Position numbers and translations under genes: made by a program. Below the pieces are notes generated by a model. That model was given only the letters and a program-made list of their open reading frames with translations. It was not told where the DNA came from and searched no databases. A stretch of DNA of 64,000 nucleotides from Selaginella moellendorffii. Lineage: Eukaryota; Plantae; Lycopodiophyta. The stretch covers positions 126,825 through 190,824 of the forward strand of contig NW_003314292.1 of the NCBI RefSeq assembly GCF_000143415.4, read 5' to 3'. Each line of letters begins with the position of its first letter. Position 1 is the stretch's first letter. Shown piece by piece: positions 37,680 through 50,038 of the stretch.

Positions 37680-39458
37680 TGTGAGACACAAAATCCCTAG
37701 GCCCCAAAGTGGAGCCGGAAGGGTGCCACGTGGTAGTGGCCAAAGCGAAAGCCAAACAAGTGTAACACGTTTGGACTAAAAGCTCTGACTTGAAAGGTCG
37801 AGAGCGGGAGTGGAACTCCCAACAAAGTGCTCGAGGAACAAGCACGAAGCGAGCAATAAGCGAGACTCCAAAAAGGGACCCAAAAGGACCAACACATGAC
37901 ACGTAGAAGTGTCCGAGATGGACCGAGATGGAGTCCGAGGTGGAGTCCAAGATGGAGTCCGAGCTGGAGTCTGAGCTGGAGTTTGAGACGGAGTCCGAGA
38001 TGGAGTCTGAGATGAAGTCCGAGATGGAGTCTGAGACAGAGTCCAAGATGGAGTCCGAGGTGGAGTCCAAGATGAACCCAAGATGGAGTCCGAGATGGAC
38101 TGAGATGGAGTCTGAGATGGAGTCCGAGATGGACCCGAGATGGAGTCCGAGATGGACCGAGATGGAGTCTGAGATGCACCCAAGATGGAGTCCGAGATGG
38201 ACCGAGATGGAGTCCAAGATGGACCCGAGATGGAGTCCGAGATGGAGTCCGAGATGGACCCAAGGTGGAGTCCGAGATGGACCCGAGATGGTGTCTGAAG
38301 TCGAGACCGAGACCGAGACCGAGACCGGGACCGAGACCGGGACCAAGATCGGGAATGAGACCAAGACCAAGGCCAAGGCCGAGACCAAGCCCAAGTCCAA
38401 GTCCGAGTCCAAGTCCGAATCCGAGTCCGAGTCCGAGTTCGAGTCCGAGTTCGAGTCTGAGAGGGTGAAAGCCCAAAGCGTTCGTCTCCCAGACCCTGGG
38501 GGGTTTGGTGAGCTCCAAAAGTATAGTAAGGGGGAGGACTACAGTGGAGCCAGTTTGGCCAGGAAAGGCCAGTTTGGCCCAGGAAGGCCAGACCCAGTGT
38601 TGGGTGATGAAAAGACCACTGGGAAGTCCAAGACTAGAGTGAATACAGATTAACAAGCGGGGTAGCTTGGTGAAGTGTTCAAAAGCCGGCTCTAGTTCCC
38701 CCGGGAGATCGACTGGCTGATGCTGTCAGTCCAAGTGTGGGTGGCACTACCTACTTGGATACCAGGCATGGCTCAACGGAACCTCGCTCTAAGCCCATGG
38801 CTAGAGCACCTAAAGGCGGAAGGCGGGGAGAGTACCCATGGGGCTCGTGTAGGCCAACGGTGTTCCAAAATGTTGTCCCGGAGTCCCAAATGGGGGAAAG
38901 GAGGAAGAGTAGTCCTCTAGTGTAGTGACTAAGGATATAGTCACATGGTGAAGAAGTCCCGAAGGACCATGGGACTTAGTGGTCGGGCCTGTGGGCCTTG
39001 ATCGAGTGGTAGTGTTGGCAAACATGGCCATGGACAGAAAAGAGACTTAGTAGGAACTAACGAAGGGATATTAGGGAAGGCTATTCCCCATGTCTGTGGG
39101 CATCCTAAGGATGCTGAGGAGTGGATCTGGGATGACCACTCGTGGTCGGATGGCCCAATCTTGGAGAGACGGGTTTGTGATGCAAGTGGTATTGGACCAC
39201 TAGTGTGGCAAAGGTGAATAAGCATGGCCTTAGCGTAATGGGCCGATATGTCAGTAGTACCTTTAGGTGTCAGTCTTGGAACTGGACACATGGAGCACTT
39301 GGACTAAGTGCAAGGGATGAGTGGCATGGGTGCCATTCTTGGGGCTAGCAAGTCCCAAGTCCTGAATTGGACTTAAGGAGGTTGTGAATGAGACTCCTCC
39401 AAGTGGTCGAAGGTGTGGTTAAGTGACTAAACTAGAATGGGAAAATTAGTCGCTTACA
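37680..39458 (+). mobile_element. 1.78-kb solo LTR inserted antisense into the chromovirus gag
   Basis: TGTGAG...CTTACA termini. TSD GCCGC at 37675-37679 and 39459-39463. Gag reading resumes across it (GLQTWA...KVMRWNPTNY). Same architecture as the host LTR. Confidence 0.9.
37912..38462 (+). repeat. GAGTCCGAGATG 12-mer / GAGWCC hexamer minisatellite inside the solo LTR
   Basis: Dozens of variant units. Related shorter arrays in the chromovirus LTRs (32990-33200, 41097-41300). Confidence 0.92.
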
Positions 39459-42400
39459 GCCGCAAGCCCAGGTTTGCAAGCCCGATATGAAGGCATGGAA
39501 CGCATCCATATCCCCCATGTCCGTGACAAGTATCCTCTTTGCTATAAACCCATTCACATACTCCTGAATGGTTCCGGTCTGTTTCAGCCTACTTAGCTCG
39601 TCTCTTAGATGCAGAGTAGCATTCGGAGGAACGTAAGTCACGTGGATCCTCGCCTTCATCATGTCCCAAGTGGCCACCGGTCCTTCGTTAGCCTCCGTCG
39701 TTCTCCACTAAGACTTGGCATTATCTGCCAAGTATGGTTTTGCACATGGGACCTTCTCCGAAAGTAACCGCAACGCTCGAAAGTAATCCTCCATATCATA
39801 AAACCAATCCTCCACCACCTTATAGTTATTCACTCCCTTAAAGACCGATGGGGGCTTTGGTTTGTACTTGGGAACTACCTGAGGGACTGATTCCACTTCA
39901 GTCTATTCGACCTTGTTTGGTTCTACCTCAGTCCCTACCAAAGGGTCCGCACCTTCTGCGTTGCCAGCATCCGCAGTCTTTTGCTTTTTCTTCTGCTTCT
40001 TGTCACGCTTTAGCTTGCGTATGAGAATCTCCAACAGGGCATTGGTCTATGCCAATTGTCCTTCTAGAACGTCTAATCGAGCCTTGGACGACCACATCTT
40101 GCCACCAGACTCCTATTTGGAAGTTTCCTCACTAGAGTCCTCCTCATGCAAGGATTCCTCATCCATAGCCTTTTGTTCGACTAGAGGCTCCAGCTCTGGA
40201 GGAGGTTTTGTCTCCGCCTTGGTTTGTTTTTGCCCTGCCTTTGCCATCTCCCAGCAATCCGCCTCTATCCTTCGCTAAAACTGAGAAAAAGGCTCCGATA
40301 CCAAATTGTAAGCCACAAATATTTCCTTTCCAATTTACCAACTTACCTCATCTATCCATCCAACACTTCCTTGACTATTGCTAAATTCCCTCGCCAAGGT
40401 TCCCGTCTATGGTACCAACTCTTACTTGGTCCTACTTAGTTTCAGCTACTCACTGCACGAGCAACGGAGCATTAGCCATCCATCCACGGATTCCCAAATC
40501 TCTCCCAATCCCCCTCCCCGGGTTAGACTGGACTTAAGGTTCGGCTACACTCCCTACAGGCACAAGCAGCCAAGCACACCAAGCCTCCAAGTTTCTAACA
40601 CCCCTTGGTACCATAAGATTTGATCATGGGACCCTCTAAATCCTAAGTCTTGGGTGCAACACTTGCTTTGGGATGTCAGGGCGAAACACCGTGGCCTAAC
40701 GGCCCGGTATGGGCACCTCTACCCCCCCACTTCCATCTTGAAGGAAGCCCCAAGCCCCTAGGAAGGGCAAGGACCAATGAGCCGCATGGTACTCAAGTGG
40801 GGCACCACTCCACATGAGCCGCCGGGAGCACTGCAGTCGGTTTCCCTTTCAAGAATGGGAGTTGCTCTTGAGCACTTCCTGGGGTGGCCCCTCCGGCACC
40901 ACCCAAGTCCCTGCTCACTCCCACCCACGGCCCCTCGGCCCCAATCTCAACCTCAAGCTAGTTTGGAAGCACCACTAGAGAGTTCCTTCAAGACTGGTTT
41001 CTGGACTTCACTATCCCTACTATACTTTTGGAACCCCCTGCAGCCCCCCGGGAGATGCATGCTTTGGGCTTTCACCCCTTGACCCATATTAGTACTTGGA
41101 CCCGATTTCGGACTCGATCTCGGACTCAATCTCGGACTCGATCTTGGACTCGACTTCGGACTCGACCTAGGACTTGGTCTCAGACCTGATTTGGATCTCG
41201 GACTCTATCTCAAACTCGGTCTCCGATTCGGCCTTGGACTCGATCCCGGACTCTATCTCGAATTTGGTCTCAGAGTCGGTTTTGGACTCAATCTTCAACT
41301 CGGTCCCGTTCAATGAACTCTTTGTCATTTTGGTCATGCTTTGGGGGATCCTTTAGCCTACGACACCTTGGCAAGTTGGTTCCTTACAATTTAACCCCAA
41401 GTATTCCAAAAACTTTAACCGATTGAAAAACGGGGTGCACTCTTATTCATGGGCCCTTTCTCTTTATATTTGAGCATCTATGGATCATCTCTCGAGTCGT
41501 TCCCTTTGATTGCTTACATATATTAACATTTTGTATATAGTGAATTTATTTAATAAATAAATTCAACTATTTACAAATCCACATCACTAGAAGATAGGAA
41601 GATACCCATTAAATCACAATAATTGTTAGATACTAATTGTAATAATGAAGATAATAAAAAGTAGGTTTTTGGGGGGTCTTTATAATGCACTAAATTCATG
41701 CACATCTAGCAATAGATGTAGTTGCCGGATCAGCATAGTTATTGCTTTTGCTTATGCTAAAAGCCTTGGTAGGGAGGCAATTCCTTGTCAGTTAATAAAG
41801 AATCATATCAACTAGGGGGCTTATGAGGTTCATCAATGTCAAGTCCTTCAACAATTGATGCACTCGGCTGGAGTCATTTGAGAGGGGCTATAACTTCTTT
41901 AAAGAAGGCCATTTCTAAGTATGATTTTCGTATAATGACAAATCATGTCATTGGTAGTATTGCAACTAATTGACACAAATCCAGTCAATCTAAACTTGAT
42001 AGAATATAAATATGCTCATACCCCTTTAATGACTACCGCACGCCCCCCCCCCCCAATAGTGATGCCATGTGCCATCGTCTTTTGTTATTTCTTGCATTGG
42101 TTATTCCAGTAGATGGGGGGAGGGTGGGTAAATAGGGCATGCCACGGCCCTATTACATATTTTAATCATAAGCATTATAAGTGAAACAATGCATCAAATT
42201 AAATCACATACTCCACCACTTGCCACAAGTCTTATTTGGATGATGTCGAACCACTTGTTTTGAAAAAATATGTGGAGATGATTTTGTATTATAATTCAGT
42301 GGGAAACACATGACAATCCCTTATGGGACAAAGGGAAACTATTGATTTTTATGGTTTGATAGGCAATGGTGTAGGATTTGAGAGAGAGCTTTTAATAGTA

Positions 42401-42589
42401 GGGTAAGTGAAAGGAGAGTGTGCTTTAATCTCTTGCACTTTTAGGGCTATAGGTATGCTTGCTTTACTTATATTGAGAAGTGGCTAGTAGCAAATTTTAT
42501 TTGTCCTTTAGAGCATTCTGAGTGGGTCTTAAATCTAGTCCTTGCAAGAAAAGCAAATAACAAGTTTTAACTCTATAAACTTTAGGAAT

Positions 42590-42705
42590 TTGAACAAGGT
42601 TACCACAAAGTAAAGGATCACTTTCCTACACTTTTTATGGAAGCAATTGTGGATAAGATGGTGGGACACCAATTCTACTCCTTTATGAATAGTTTCTCTA
42701 GCTCC
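42590..42705 (+). pseudogene. Relic of a non-chromovirus (Athila/Tat-like) gypsy reverse transcriptase
   Basis: Translates KDHFPTLFMEAIVDKMVGHQFYSFMNSFS, resembling the RT motif KDHFPLPFIDQMLDRLAGHxxYSFLDGFSGY. Confidence 0.7.
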
Positions 42706-45356
42706 AGAGGATCATGACCTCACAACCTCAGGGAAATTGTCAAGCTAGATTTACAAATAAAACCCTTAAAAATATATTTAAGAAGAGAATGAAGATAAAT
42801 AAAAAAGACTTAGACAATTGTATCCATGATGCTCTATAGGCATACCAAAATTACTTACACAAAAAGCTGTACACTATGAGATCAACTAGAAAGAATCAGT
42901 CAAGAGAAAATTCACTATGCTAGAGAAGCTCAATAAAGAATAACTACAAGTAATCTGGATGCTTGAAGCCATTCAAGCTAGAAGAAAAGCTAATTATAAT
43001 AGAAAAAAAGACTTAAATCAAGTTTTATAGTTTCGAGGAAACATAAAGAAAATTGGCTCATAAATGAAATCAAGATAGGAAAGACCAATTCCTCATCCAA
43101 CAATTCAAAAATCCAAAAATAATAGTAATTGCAACATTCAACAATAAATATCTCTAAACTGTTAACTTTAACAAGCTTAAGAAATACCAATCAATCGATA
43201 CCAACCTTGTCAACAACAATCTAAGAAGAAGTAAAAATTATAACTTTGAAACCCAACCACTCAAAAATTACAACCTTAAATCTTAAGAATCCAATATTGA
43301 AGAGAATTATGAGCTCAACAATCCAAGAACTTTAAATACAAAACTTAAAACTTTGACATAAATAAAACAAACAAAAATCAAAATCAAGATTCCAATAGAA
43401 AAATAAATCTCAAGAGTCAAACTCAATAACTCAACTCAAAAAAGAATTGTAAGTTCTAGACACAATTTCAAGAAGATTCTCAAAAATCAAGTTTAAGAAT
43501 TCAATTTAAAAAAAAATCTAATCAAGAAAAGACATGATGACTAAAAACAAAATTATGAAACCCAACAATCTACCAAGACTCATCAGTTGCACAGAAAATC
43601 AAGAGAAAATATGCTCTATCAAGAAGACAATAATAACAGAAAGAACATTCAAGTTAGAGATTTGAACCCAAATCACTCAACTTATTTAAATTTGTGGCAT
43701 AATGCATTGAGATCAAGAAAAAAGAATAGGGAAATGGAGCATGCAAGCATGTGGCATTACCAAGGAGTTCAGCTTCAATCCTAAAGTCCTCAACATGATC
43801 AAGGTGAGTCTTCTCTTGCTGTGCAATCCAACTTAAGAGGACTGAAGAGTTTATATAAGGTTAAGACTTTATGAATTTTTAAAGATTATAACCCATACAA
43901 TCTCAACATCACCAAGAATCTTCTCTTAACATACAAAGAAGACTTTCTATACACCAGCAAATATGAGTTTGTCATGCATGCTAAATATTTTGTGTAGGAT
44001 TTCAAACTTCCCACTGGTGGAGAGCAAGTAACATTGATCCCATGTATGAAGGGGGTTTCACCAAAATGCATCAAAGTTCTTAAGAACTACAACAGCAACA
44101 ATTCTCTACAAATGAGCAATGTGATTAATGAAGCAAAGTGGCAGCTCAAGTTTTTTGTCCTCAGGCTTGAGATGCATAAGTCAACAACCTCTACTGGTGA
44201 AGCAAATTGCAATTCTCTATAACAACTTGTAGCAGAAAACAAGAGTTGACATCGTGAGCTACCTCCACAACAAGTTCATTAAGGAATCAACTTGACAATG
44301 ACCATGCTCCAAGACACAAAGCTTGGCATGACTTCAGTCCAAGCTTCTCCCATTGTGTCCCAGCATCACTCAACCAGCTCAGAATTAAGTGGAAATTGTT
44401 CCATGTATGCAAGATTCCCTTACAACAATAACTGCCTACTGGACATTATAGCCTGAGGAACTTATCTAAACAAGGGAATCTTGATGATCAATACCACGTC
44501 TTTCAGGCCAAAGATAACGATCTAGAAAACCATTTTACTTACAAGCAAAAATAGAGGCACCAACTTTCATTTCAGCCTTCAGCTCAGCCCTTTACATGCA
44601 TCTAAATTTTCACATAAAGGGGCACATTCTTCTAGTTGTTGTTTCAGACTTGTAGCTTAATTAACAAAATTTTAATGTTGGCTATTCTGGCTTGGTCGCA
44701 AAGTCTGCAACGAGAGCGAGTGATTGCTGACACCGCTATGGGCAGCTGGGAGCCTTCTCAAAGACGCCGCTACTCGACAAGTCCAGGCATAAGTTTCTGC
44801 AGTGTCTGCGATACTCAAGAAGGCACGAGCCGCTGGTGTAGGTGAGGAGTTGCTACGCACAGACGTCAGAGGTAGCTTCCGTGGTTGCGCTGGGGATTGG
44901 CAAGTCGGCTTTGTCTTCGTGCTCCTGTGGGAGCTCCTCCCGAAGAAGCCTTCTCAAGTTCAGAGAATCCAACAGGTTCTAAGAACGGCAAGAAGGCCAA
45001 AGAGGAAGGCACGGTGTGGTACCTGGCGGACTGGGAGATCGATGAAGGCCTTGCAAGATCGTACCTGCAGAATCACGGTCACTTTTTCATGAAGGGAGAT
45101 TATGTGATTAAGCTTTTCATCCCGACTTGGTCTCCGGACACGCTCAACAATCGGGTGTTCAAGCATCAAAAAGCAGAGGTAGACGAGAGTGGGGATCCAA
45201 GACAGGCATGCACCATGGCAAGCTTAAGAGTGCGATCCAGTGTTGTGGCTCTCAGATGGTGAGAGATCACATAACACTCGAGGATGAAGAGACTTACGCC
45301 GTCACCTCCAAGAAGCTAGCCAGGGCGTATGTTACAGACAAGGTGCTGGCACCACT

Positions 45357-47669
45357 TTATTCCTTTTTAGCTTTGCTACTGATTATTTCTTGAGACGTAG
45401 TCTCTCCTACAGTCGAAAGCTTTGTGGAGGAGAGTAGAATGTAAGGAGCTGATTCATAGCAGTGCGCGTCATGGTGTCGCATATCAATAATCTGTCCAGC
45501 AGCTCGATCATCAGCTCCTTTCGCATCACTTTGCTGGCTACAAGCCGAGAGTAGCGTCGTCCAAGCAAGAGCTTGCGGCTCAAAAGGCATAGCTTTGATG
45601 AGATCCTCAGCCTCTCCCAGTTGCCCTGAGCGAGCCAACAAATCCGTCATGCAATGAAAGTTGTCCGCGTTTGGAAAGATCCCATGGTCGCCGCTCATCG
45701 ACATGAAGAACTCGTAGCCAGGCTTGAGCAGCCCTCTGTGGCTGCATGCGTGAAGGATGGTGTTGAAGCTGAGCTCGTTAGGAGCTATGCCTTCCAGGAA
45801 AATGAGCCGCAAGTGATGGATCGCCTCGTTGGTCTGACCGAAATGAGCATAAGTCGCAAGCATCGCATTCCAGGAGATTGAATCCTTGTGCTTGAGCTTC
45901 CAAAACACCGCTGCTGCCTCGTTGAAGCTCCCGCACTTGGCATACATGTCCATGAGCGCGGTGGCCACCACGAAATCTTGGTCAGCGAGCTGGGCGTGGA
46001 TCTCCCTGCCATCTTTCACTGAAACCATGTTGGCACAAACGCTTAGAATAGTAGCGTAAGTGTAGCTATCCGGCTTTTCAGTGCCTTTCGAAAGAAGAAG
46101 CTCGTACAGCTCGAGCGCTTGTGTGTTATACCCGTGTTGGGCATACCCGGCGAGCATCGCGTTCCATGTAACCGTGTTCCTCCTTTGCATTGCATCGAAG
46201 ATGGATTTAGCAGGCTCGAGCTCCCCACACTTGGCGTAGAGATCCACCAGAGATGTCCCAACGACGAGATCACGCTCGACCATCCCAGTGGAAGCAACTC
46301 GAGCGTGGATAGACTTGCCACTCTCCAAGTCTCGCAGCTCCGAGCATGCCTCGATAACGCTCGAGAAAGTGAAGCTATCCGGCTGGGCTCCCTCAAGGCA
46401 CATATTCCTGTAGAGCTGGAGAGCTTCCCGGCTATGCCCAAACTGGGCATGGGCCGAAATCATGGCACTCCAAGACACTGTATCCCGGTGCTCCATCTCC
46501 TCAAACAAAGCTCTAGCTTCTTCAAGGCTGCCACCTTTCGCATACATGTTAAGTGCCGCTGTTTGCACGACTTGGTCGCTTGTACCACACTGGAGCGCTC
46601 GCGAAAGAATCTCCTTCCCAAACCGGATGCCAGAGGAGCTCGCACAAGCGAGGAGAATGGTGGAAAATGTAAAATCATCAGGCTTGACTCCATCGAGTTC
46701 CATCCTCCTCAGGAGCTTAAAAGCTTCGAGAAAATCACCAGTGTGGGCATTTGCTGCAATCATAGCATTCCAGCTGACATGATCTCTTCTGCTCATCCTG
46801 TTGAAAACATCTCTAGCTTCCGTAATGCTGCCTCTCTTCGCATACATGTTTAGCAGAGCGTTTTGGAGAACCAAGTCGGATTCGAGCTGCCGGGAAACGA
46901 TTTGCTGATGTATAAGTCGGCCTTGTACAAGAAAAAACCCACTATCGCCAAAAGGAGAACAGCACAATCCCAAAACAATCACAAAGGTGGCGAGGTCAGG
47001 CTCGACGTCGATCTTCCCAAAGAGCTCAAGCCCAGTTTCATAATGCCCTCTCTTGGCAAATGCTGCTAGCATTGAGTTCCACGAGATTACATCTTTCACG
47101 GCCATGGAATCAAATACCTGACAAGCTTCGCCCAAACTTCCAGATTTCGCGTACATGATCATTAGCGAGTTCTGGATCACCACATCGCAATGTAATCCCA
47201 GCCTAGAGATGCGCTGGTGAATCGCTCGCCCCTGTCCAAGAGCGCCCGCCTTGCAGCACGCACCAAGAACCGCCGAGAAGACGAACTCATCCGGCAAGAC
47301 CCCCTCCAGATCCATTCCATGGAAGATCTGGAGAGCCTCCCAAGGATGCCCATTCTGGGCATATGCCGAGATCATCATCGTCCAGCTGTAAACGTTCTTG
47401 GCGGCGATGTGATCAAAGGCAGCGCGGGCCAGCGGCGCGCTCCGGCACCTGCCATACATCTGCAAGAGGAGATTCCCGAGCAGCGTGCCCGACTCCTGAC
47501 CAGAGTCTCGCAACCGCGCGTGGATCGCGATGCCCTCGCGCAGATCCCTGCATTGCCGCAGCAGCGCCGCGAGTGCCTGGATCGAGGCTCGCGTTCTGTG
47601 AGGAGCAGCCGGAGAGATGTCGTCCGGCGAGGCTCGGCATTGGCGCTGCTGTCCAAGAACCGCGCTCAT
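45357..47669 (-). CDS. Pentatricopeptide repeat protein, PLS class with E domain and no DYW (~770 aa)
   Basis: Intronless ORF of P-L-S triplets (NSLMIMYAKSGSL..A..VFDSM...DVISWN). C-terminal E motif AEDLIKAMPFEPQALAWTTLLSAC...YILLS. ATG at 47669. Confidence 0.95.
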   Translation of the reverse strand: MSAVLGQQRQCRASPDDISPAAPHRTRASIQALAALLRQCRDLREGIAIHARLRDSGQESGTLLGNLLLQMYGRCRSAPLARAAFDHIAAKNVYSWTMMISAYAQNGHPWEALQIFHGMDLEGVLPDEFVFSAVLGACCKAGALGQGRAIHQRISRLGLHCDVVIQNSLMIMYAKSGSLGEACQVFDSMAVKDVISWNSMLAAFAKRGHYETGLELFGKIDVEPDLATFVIVLGLCCSPFGDSGFFLVQGRLIHQQIVSRQLESDLVLQNALLNMYAKRGSITEARDVFNRMSRRDHVSWNAMIAANAHTGDFLEAFKLLRRMELDGVKPDDFTFSTILLACASSSGIRFGKEILSRALQCGTSDQVVQTAALNMYAKGGSLEEARALFEEMEHRDTVSWSAMISAHAQFGHSREALQLYRNMCLEGAQPDSFTFSSVIEACSELRDLESGKSIHARVASTGMVERDLVVGTSLVDLYAKCGELEPAKSIFDAMQRRNTVTWNAMLAGYAQHGYNTQALELYELLLSKGTEKPDSYTYATILSVCANMVSVKDGREIHAQLADQDFVVATALMDMYAKCGSFNEAAAVFWKLKHKDSISWNAMLATYAHFGQTNEAIHHLRLIFLEGIAPNELSFNTILHACSHRGLLKPGYEFFMSMSGDHGIFPNADNFHCMTDLLARSGQLGEAEDLIKAMPFEPQALAWTTLLSACSQQSDAKGADDRAAGQIIDMRHHDAHCYESAPYILLSSTKLSTVGETTSQEIISSKAKKE

Positions 47670-48599
47670 CAATCATGCTTTGTTGGCTTAGCAAAATATT
47701 TTGCAAAGCTCTCCACGAGAGGATCCTTGGTGTTAACACTAGGGAAGCGCCTTTATAATTATAGTATCAAGCATACTCCTTGGAAATTCCTCTTCGTTTC
47801 TCGTTTAGTGTGTGGACGCCCCCTTAAAAACGGGAGTGGTGCGCTCAAACGAAAGCTAAACAATGATAAGGATTTGGAGCTCCAAGCTTGTTCTTCAATC
47901 CTCGCATGCTTTCTCGCATTGCTCTTCACGCCTGCGACTGGGATCGAGATCCATAAATCCTACCAACGCTCCGGCGATCGATCAATCGTTGTTTGTGGAG
48001 TTCCAGGAGGCAGTCCCATTCGGGGACGTGTTCTAATCCTTTGGGGCATCAGCAACGGCAACAAGCTAATAAACACTCAGGTAGAACTCTTTTAATTCTG
48101 GAATTTCCTGTTTGGTAGAGAGTTTTTCTGAGAATTTCAACTTCAAGGATCGGGATTTAAGTCTTATAATTTCCAATACAACAACCTTGTAAAATGTCTT
48201 GGGCAGAATGTCAAGAGCATCTACCCTGATCCTCTAATTTAGCTCAATAAATTGAACTGAAATAGAAAAGAAACATTATTAAAAGGAAAAAGTATGGCAA
48301 TGTGATCAAAGGTGCATCATTTATTTATGTTCAGATATTTTATTTGTTTTCAATTGCACACAAAATTATTATGAATACGATTGCTTATTATTACCAATTG
48401 AAACATGGTGTGTGCATTATAATATTGACATCACTGCAAGGGCATGCCATATGCACAAACACTTTATTCAAAGTGTGCAATTAGATTTGATTCATGTACA
48501 AGAAAGCACAAAGCATTGTAAGATCTTGTTGTGGTGATCAGTGAGTGACATTTCTATGGTTTTTATGGCTCCTCAAGATTTTGTGGCGGTGGAGATACG

Positions 48600-49030
48600 A
48601 ACCGATCACGTACATGCCACAACTCATCCGGGATGGATCCCACAAAGAAATTTGTGCTGATATCCAGGATCGGTTGCCAGTGATGTTGAGCTGCATGAGA
48701 TTGCCACACTGCTGCAGCGTTGGAACTGAGCAGTGTACATTGAGGTCAGTGAGGTTGGAGAGATTGCCGACGCTGGGTTGGATCTCACCAGAGAGGGAAT
48801 CTTCAAAGATCTGGAGTGAGCATGGGAGGCTGGGTGTTGGGCTGGGGCTGCTCAAATCCAGCTGCTGCAATGCCACAAGACTCAAGAAGAAATTTGCAGA
48901 GGCCAAGTTCCCAAAGCTGCCCATCCAGCAGTGTGCAAATACCAATCCTCCTAGTGGGAGAATTCAAGGCAAGATTAAGCAAGCTCCTCTACATCAAAGA
49001 AGTGGATGTGAATTTGCATGAAGAATTCAT
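48600..49030 (-). pseudogene. Plant extracellular LRR (RLK/RLP) gene fragment
   Basis: LVALQQLDLS, LSGEIQPSVGNLSNLTDLNV and CGNLMQLNITGN fit the plant LRR consensus. Collapsed by deletions, no credible start. Confidence 0.65.
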
Positions 49031-50038
49031 ATGTGGTTGTATGCAAATATAAATCACACACATGAAACAATTTAAATGCATATGTTATCTTGCAATATAA
49101 TTAAATTGCCACCCGTGTTAGGTACACCTTTGGGAGGTGTACCTCCCCCTAAAACATTTTTTTTTGAAATCAAGACACAAAGATATCTTAATAAGGGTTA
49201 AAAACTTTAAATTAATTTTTTATATTATAAAAAATATAACTTTAACTTTAAATATTTCTTTTCACTTTTATAATATTTTTAATCATGTAAAGAAAAATAA
49301 ATTAAAAACTAGAAAAATAATTAAGAAAAGTTGTAATTAATTGAATATTTTAACAATAAACTAAATTTAATACAGAGTTAGCTAGCAAATGCTGTCTATG
49401 TTTATTTCATTTTAATTTCAAAAATTATATATATATATATATATATATTCAATAACAGTAATAAATTTTTTACACAAAAATAAGTGCATTTAATTAAATA
49501 AGTATAAAAACTACTAAGAGAAGAAAAATAATTTTTATATTTTACAATTTTAAAGAAAATAAGTTCTATAATTAGTTTTATCATTTATTTTTAAATATTA
49601 TCATGACTATATAATGCATGCAGCAACATATTGTTTGCTTAATAGTGGTACTATTTCTATTTAGTATTATTTACTAATCCAATTCACTAATAAATATTAA
49701 AATGTTAATAATTTATAAACACAAGATTAATTATATTGTATTAGATGATAGAATAAACTAAAATATACTAGGAAGTGTTTAGAAAAATATCAAAATTACA
49801 AACATGTTTAAATAAAAACCATTAAATGATAAAATATCCTAGAATATCTAAGTATAGTCTAGTATACCCACTACCACCTGAGTCCCGGTACAAGTTTAGT
49901 TAATTAAACCAAAAATTGTTTAGCAATGAACTCAAATTTTATATATACAATAAAGTATATTATTATTTATTTATTTATTATCCTTCTCAAAACACATATA
50001 ATTTAGACAGCGTTAATTAAAATAATTTATACATATTT

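Larger units (their letters stand above)
33760..40250 (-). pseudogene. gag-pol of the chromovirus, with multiple stops and frameshifts
   Basis: Gag with YNCSEVGHFSRECP knuckle remnant; protease ILIDTGAS; [22 protein letters not shown]; RNase H ETDASDF; integrase CHDKPFAGH, QTERVN, GPYEI; chromodomain EEEYEVEAIL...FHVKWKGF. Confidence 0.95.
32184..41388 (-). mobile_element. Full-length degenerate Ty3/gypsy chromovirus
   Basis: LTRs 32184-33294 and 40307-41388 (TGTAAG...CTTACA), TSD ATTTA, PBS TGGTATCGGAG next to 40307, PPT-like AGGTGGTGGAG. Domain order gag-PR-RT-RH-INT-chromodomain. Confidence 0.96.
31732..41518 (-). mobile_element. Cassandra TRIM split by a 9.2-kb gypsy insertion in its 5' LTR
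   Basis: LTR 31732-31926, internal 31927-32113, other LTR 32114-32183 + 41394-41518. Flanks GATAT/TATAT. Confidence 0.88.

Noticed and set aside
37697-38656. Long LG/LHLG/MESE-repeat ORFs as real genes
   Set aside because: They arise from a stop-poor minisatellite inside a TSD-flanked solo LTR.
47217-48095. 292-aa plus-strand ORF and other antisense ORFs over the PPR and hAT genes
   Set aside because: Shadow ORFs of GC-rich coding sequence with no recognisable motifs.
49120-49144. Hairpin AGGTACACCT-TTGGG-AGGTGTACCT as a Helitron 3' end
   Set aside because: No CTRR/T terminus at the expected distance on either strand and no matching 5' TC end identified.
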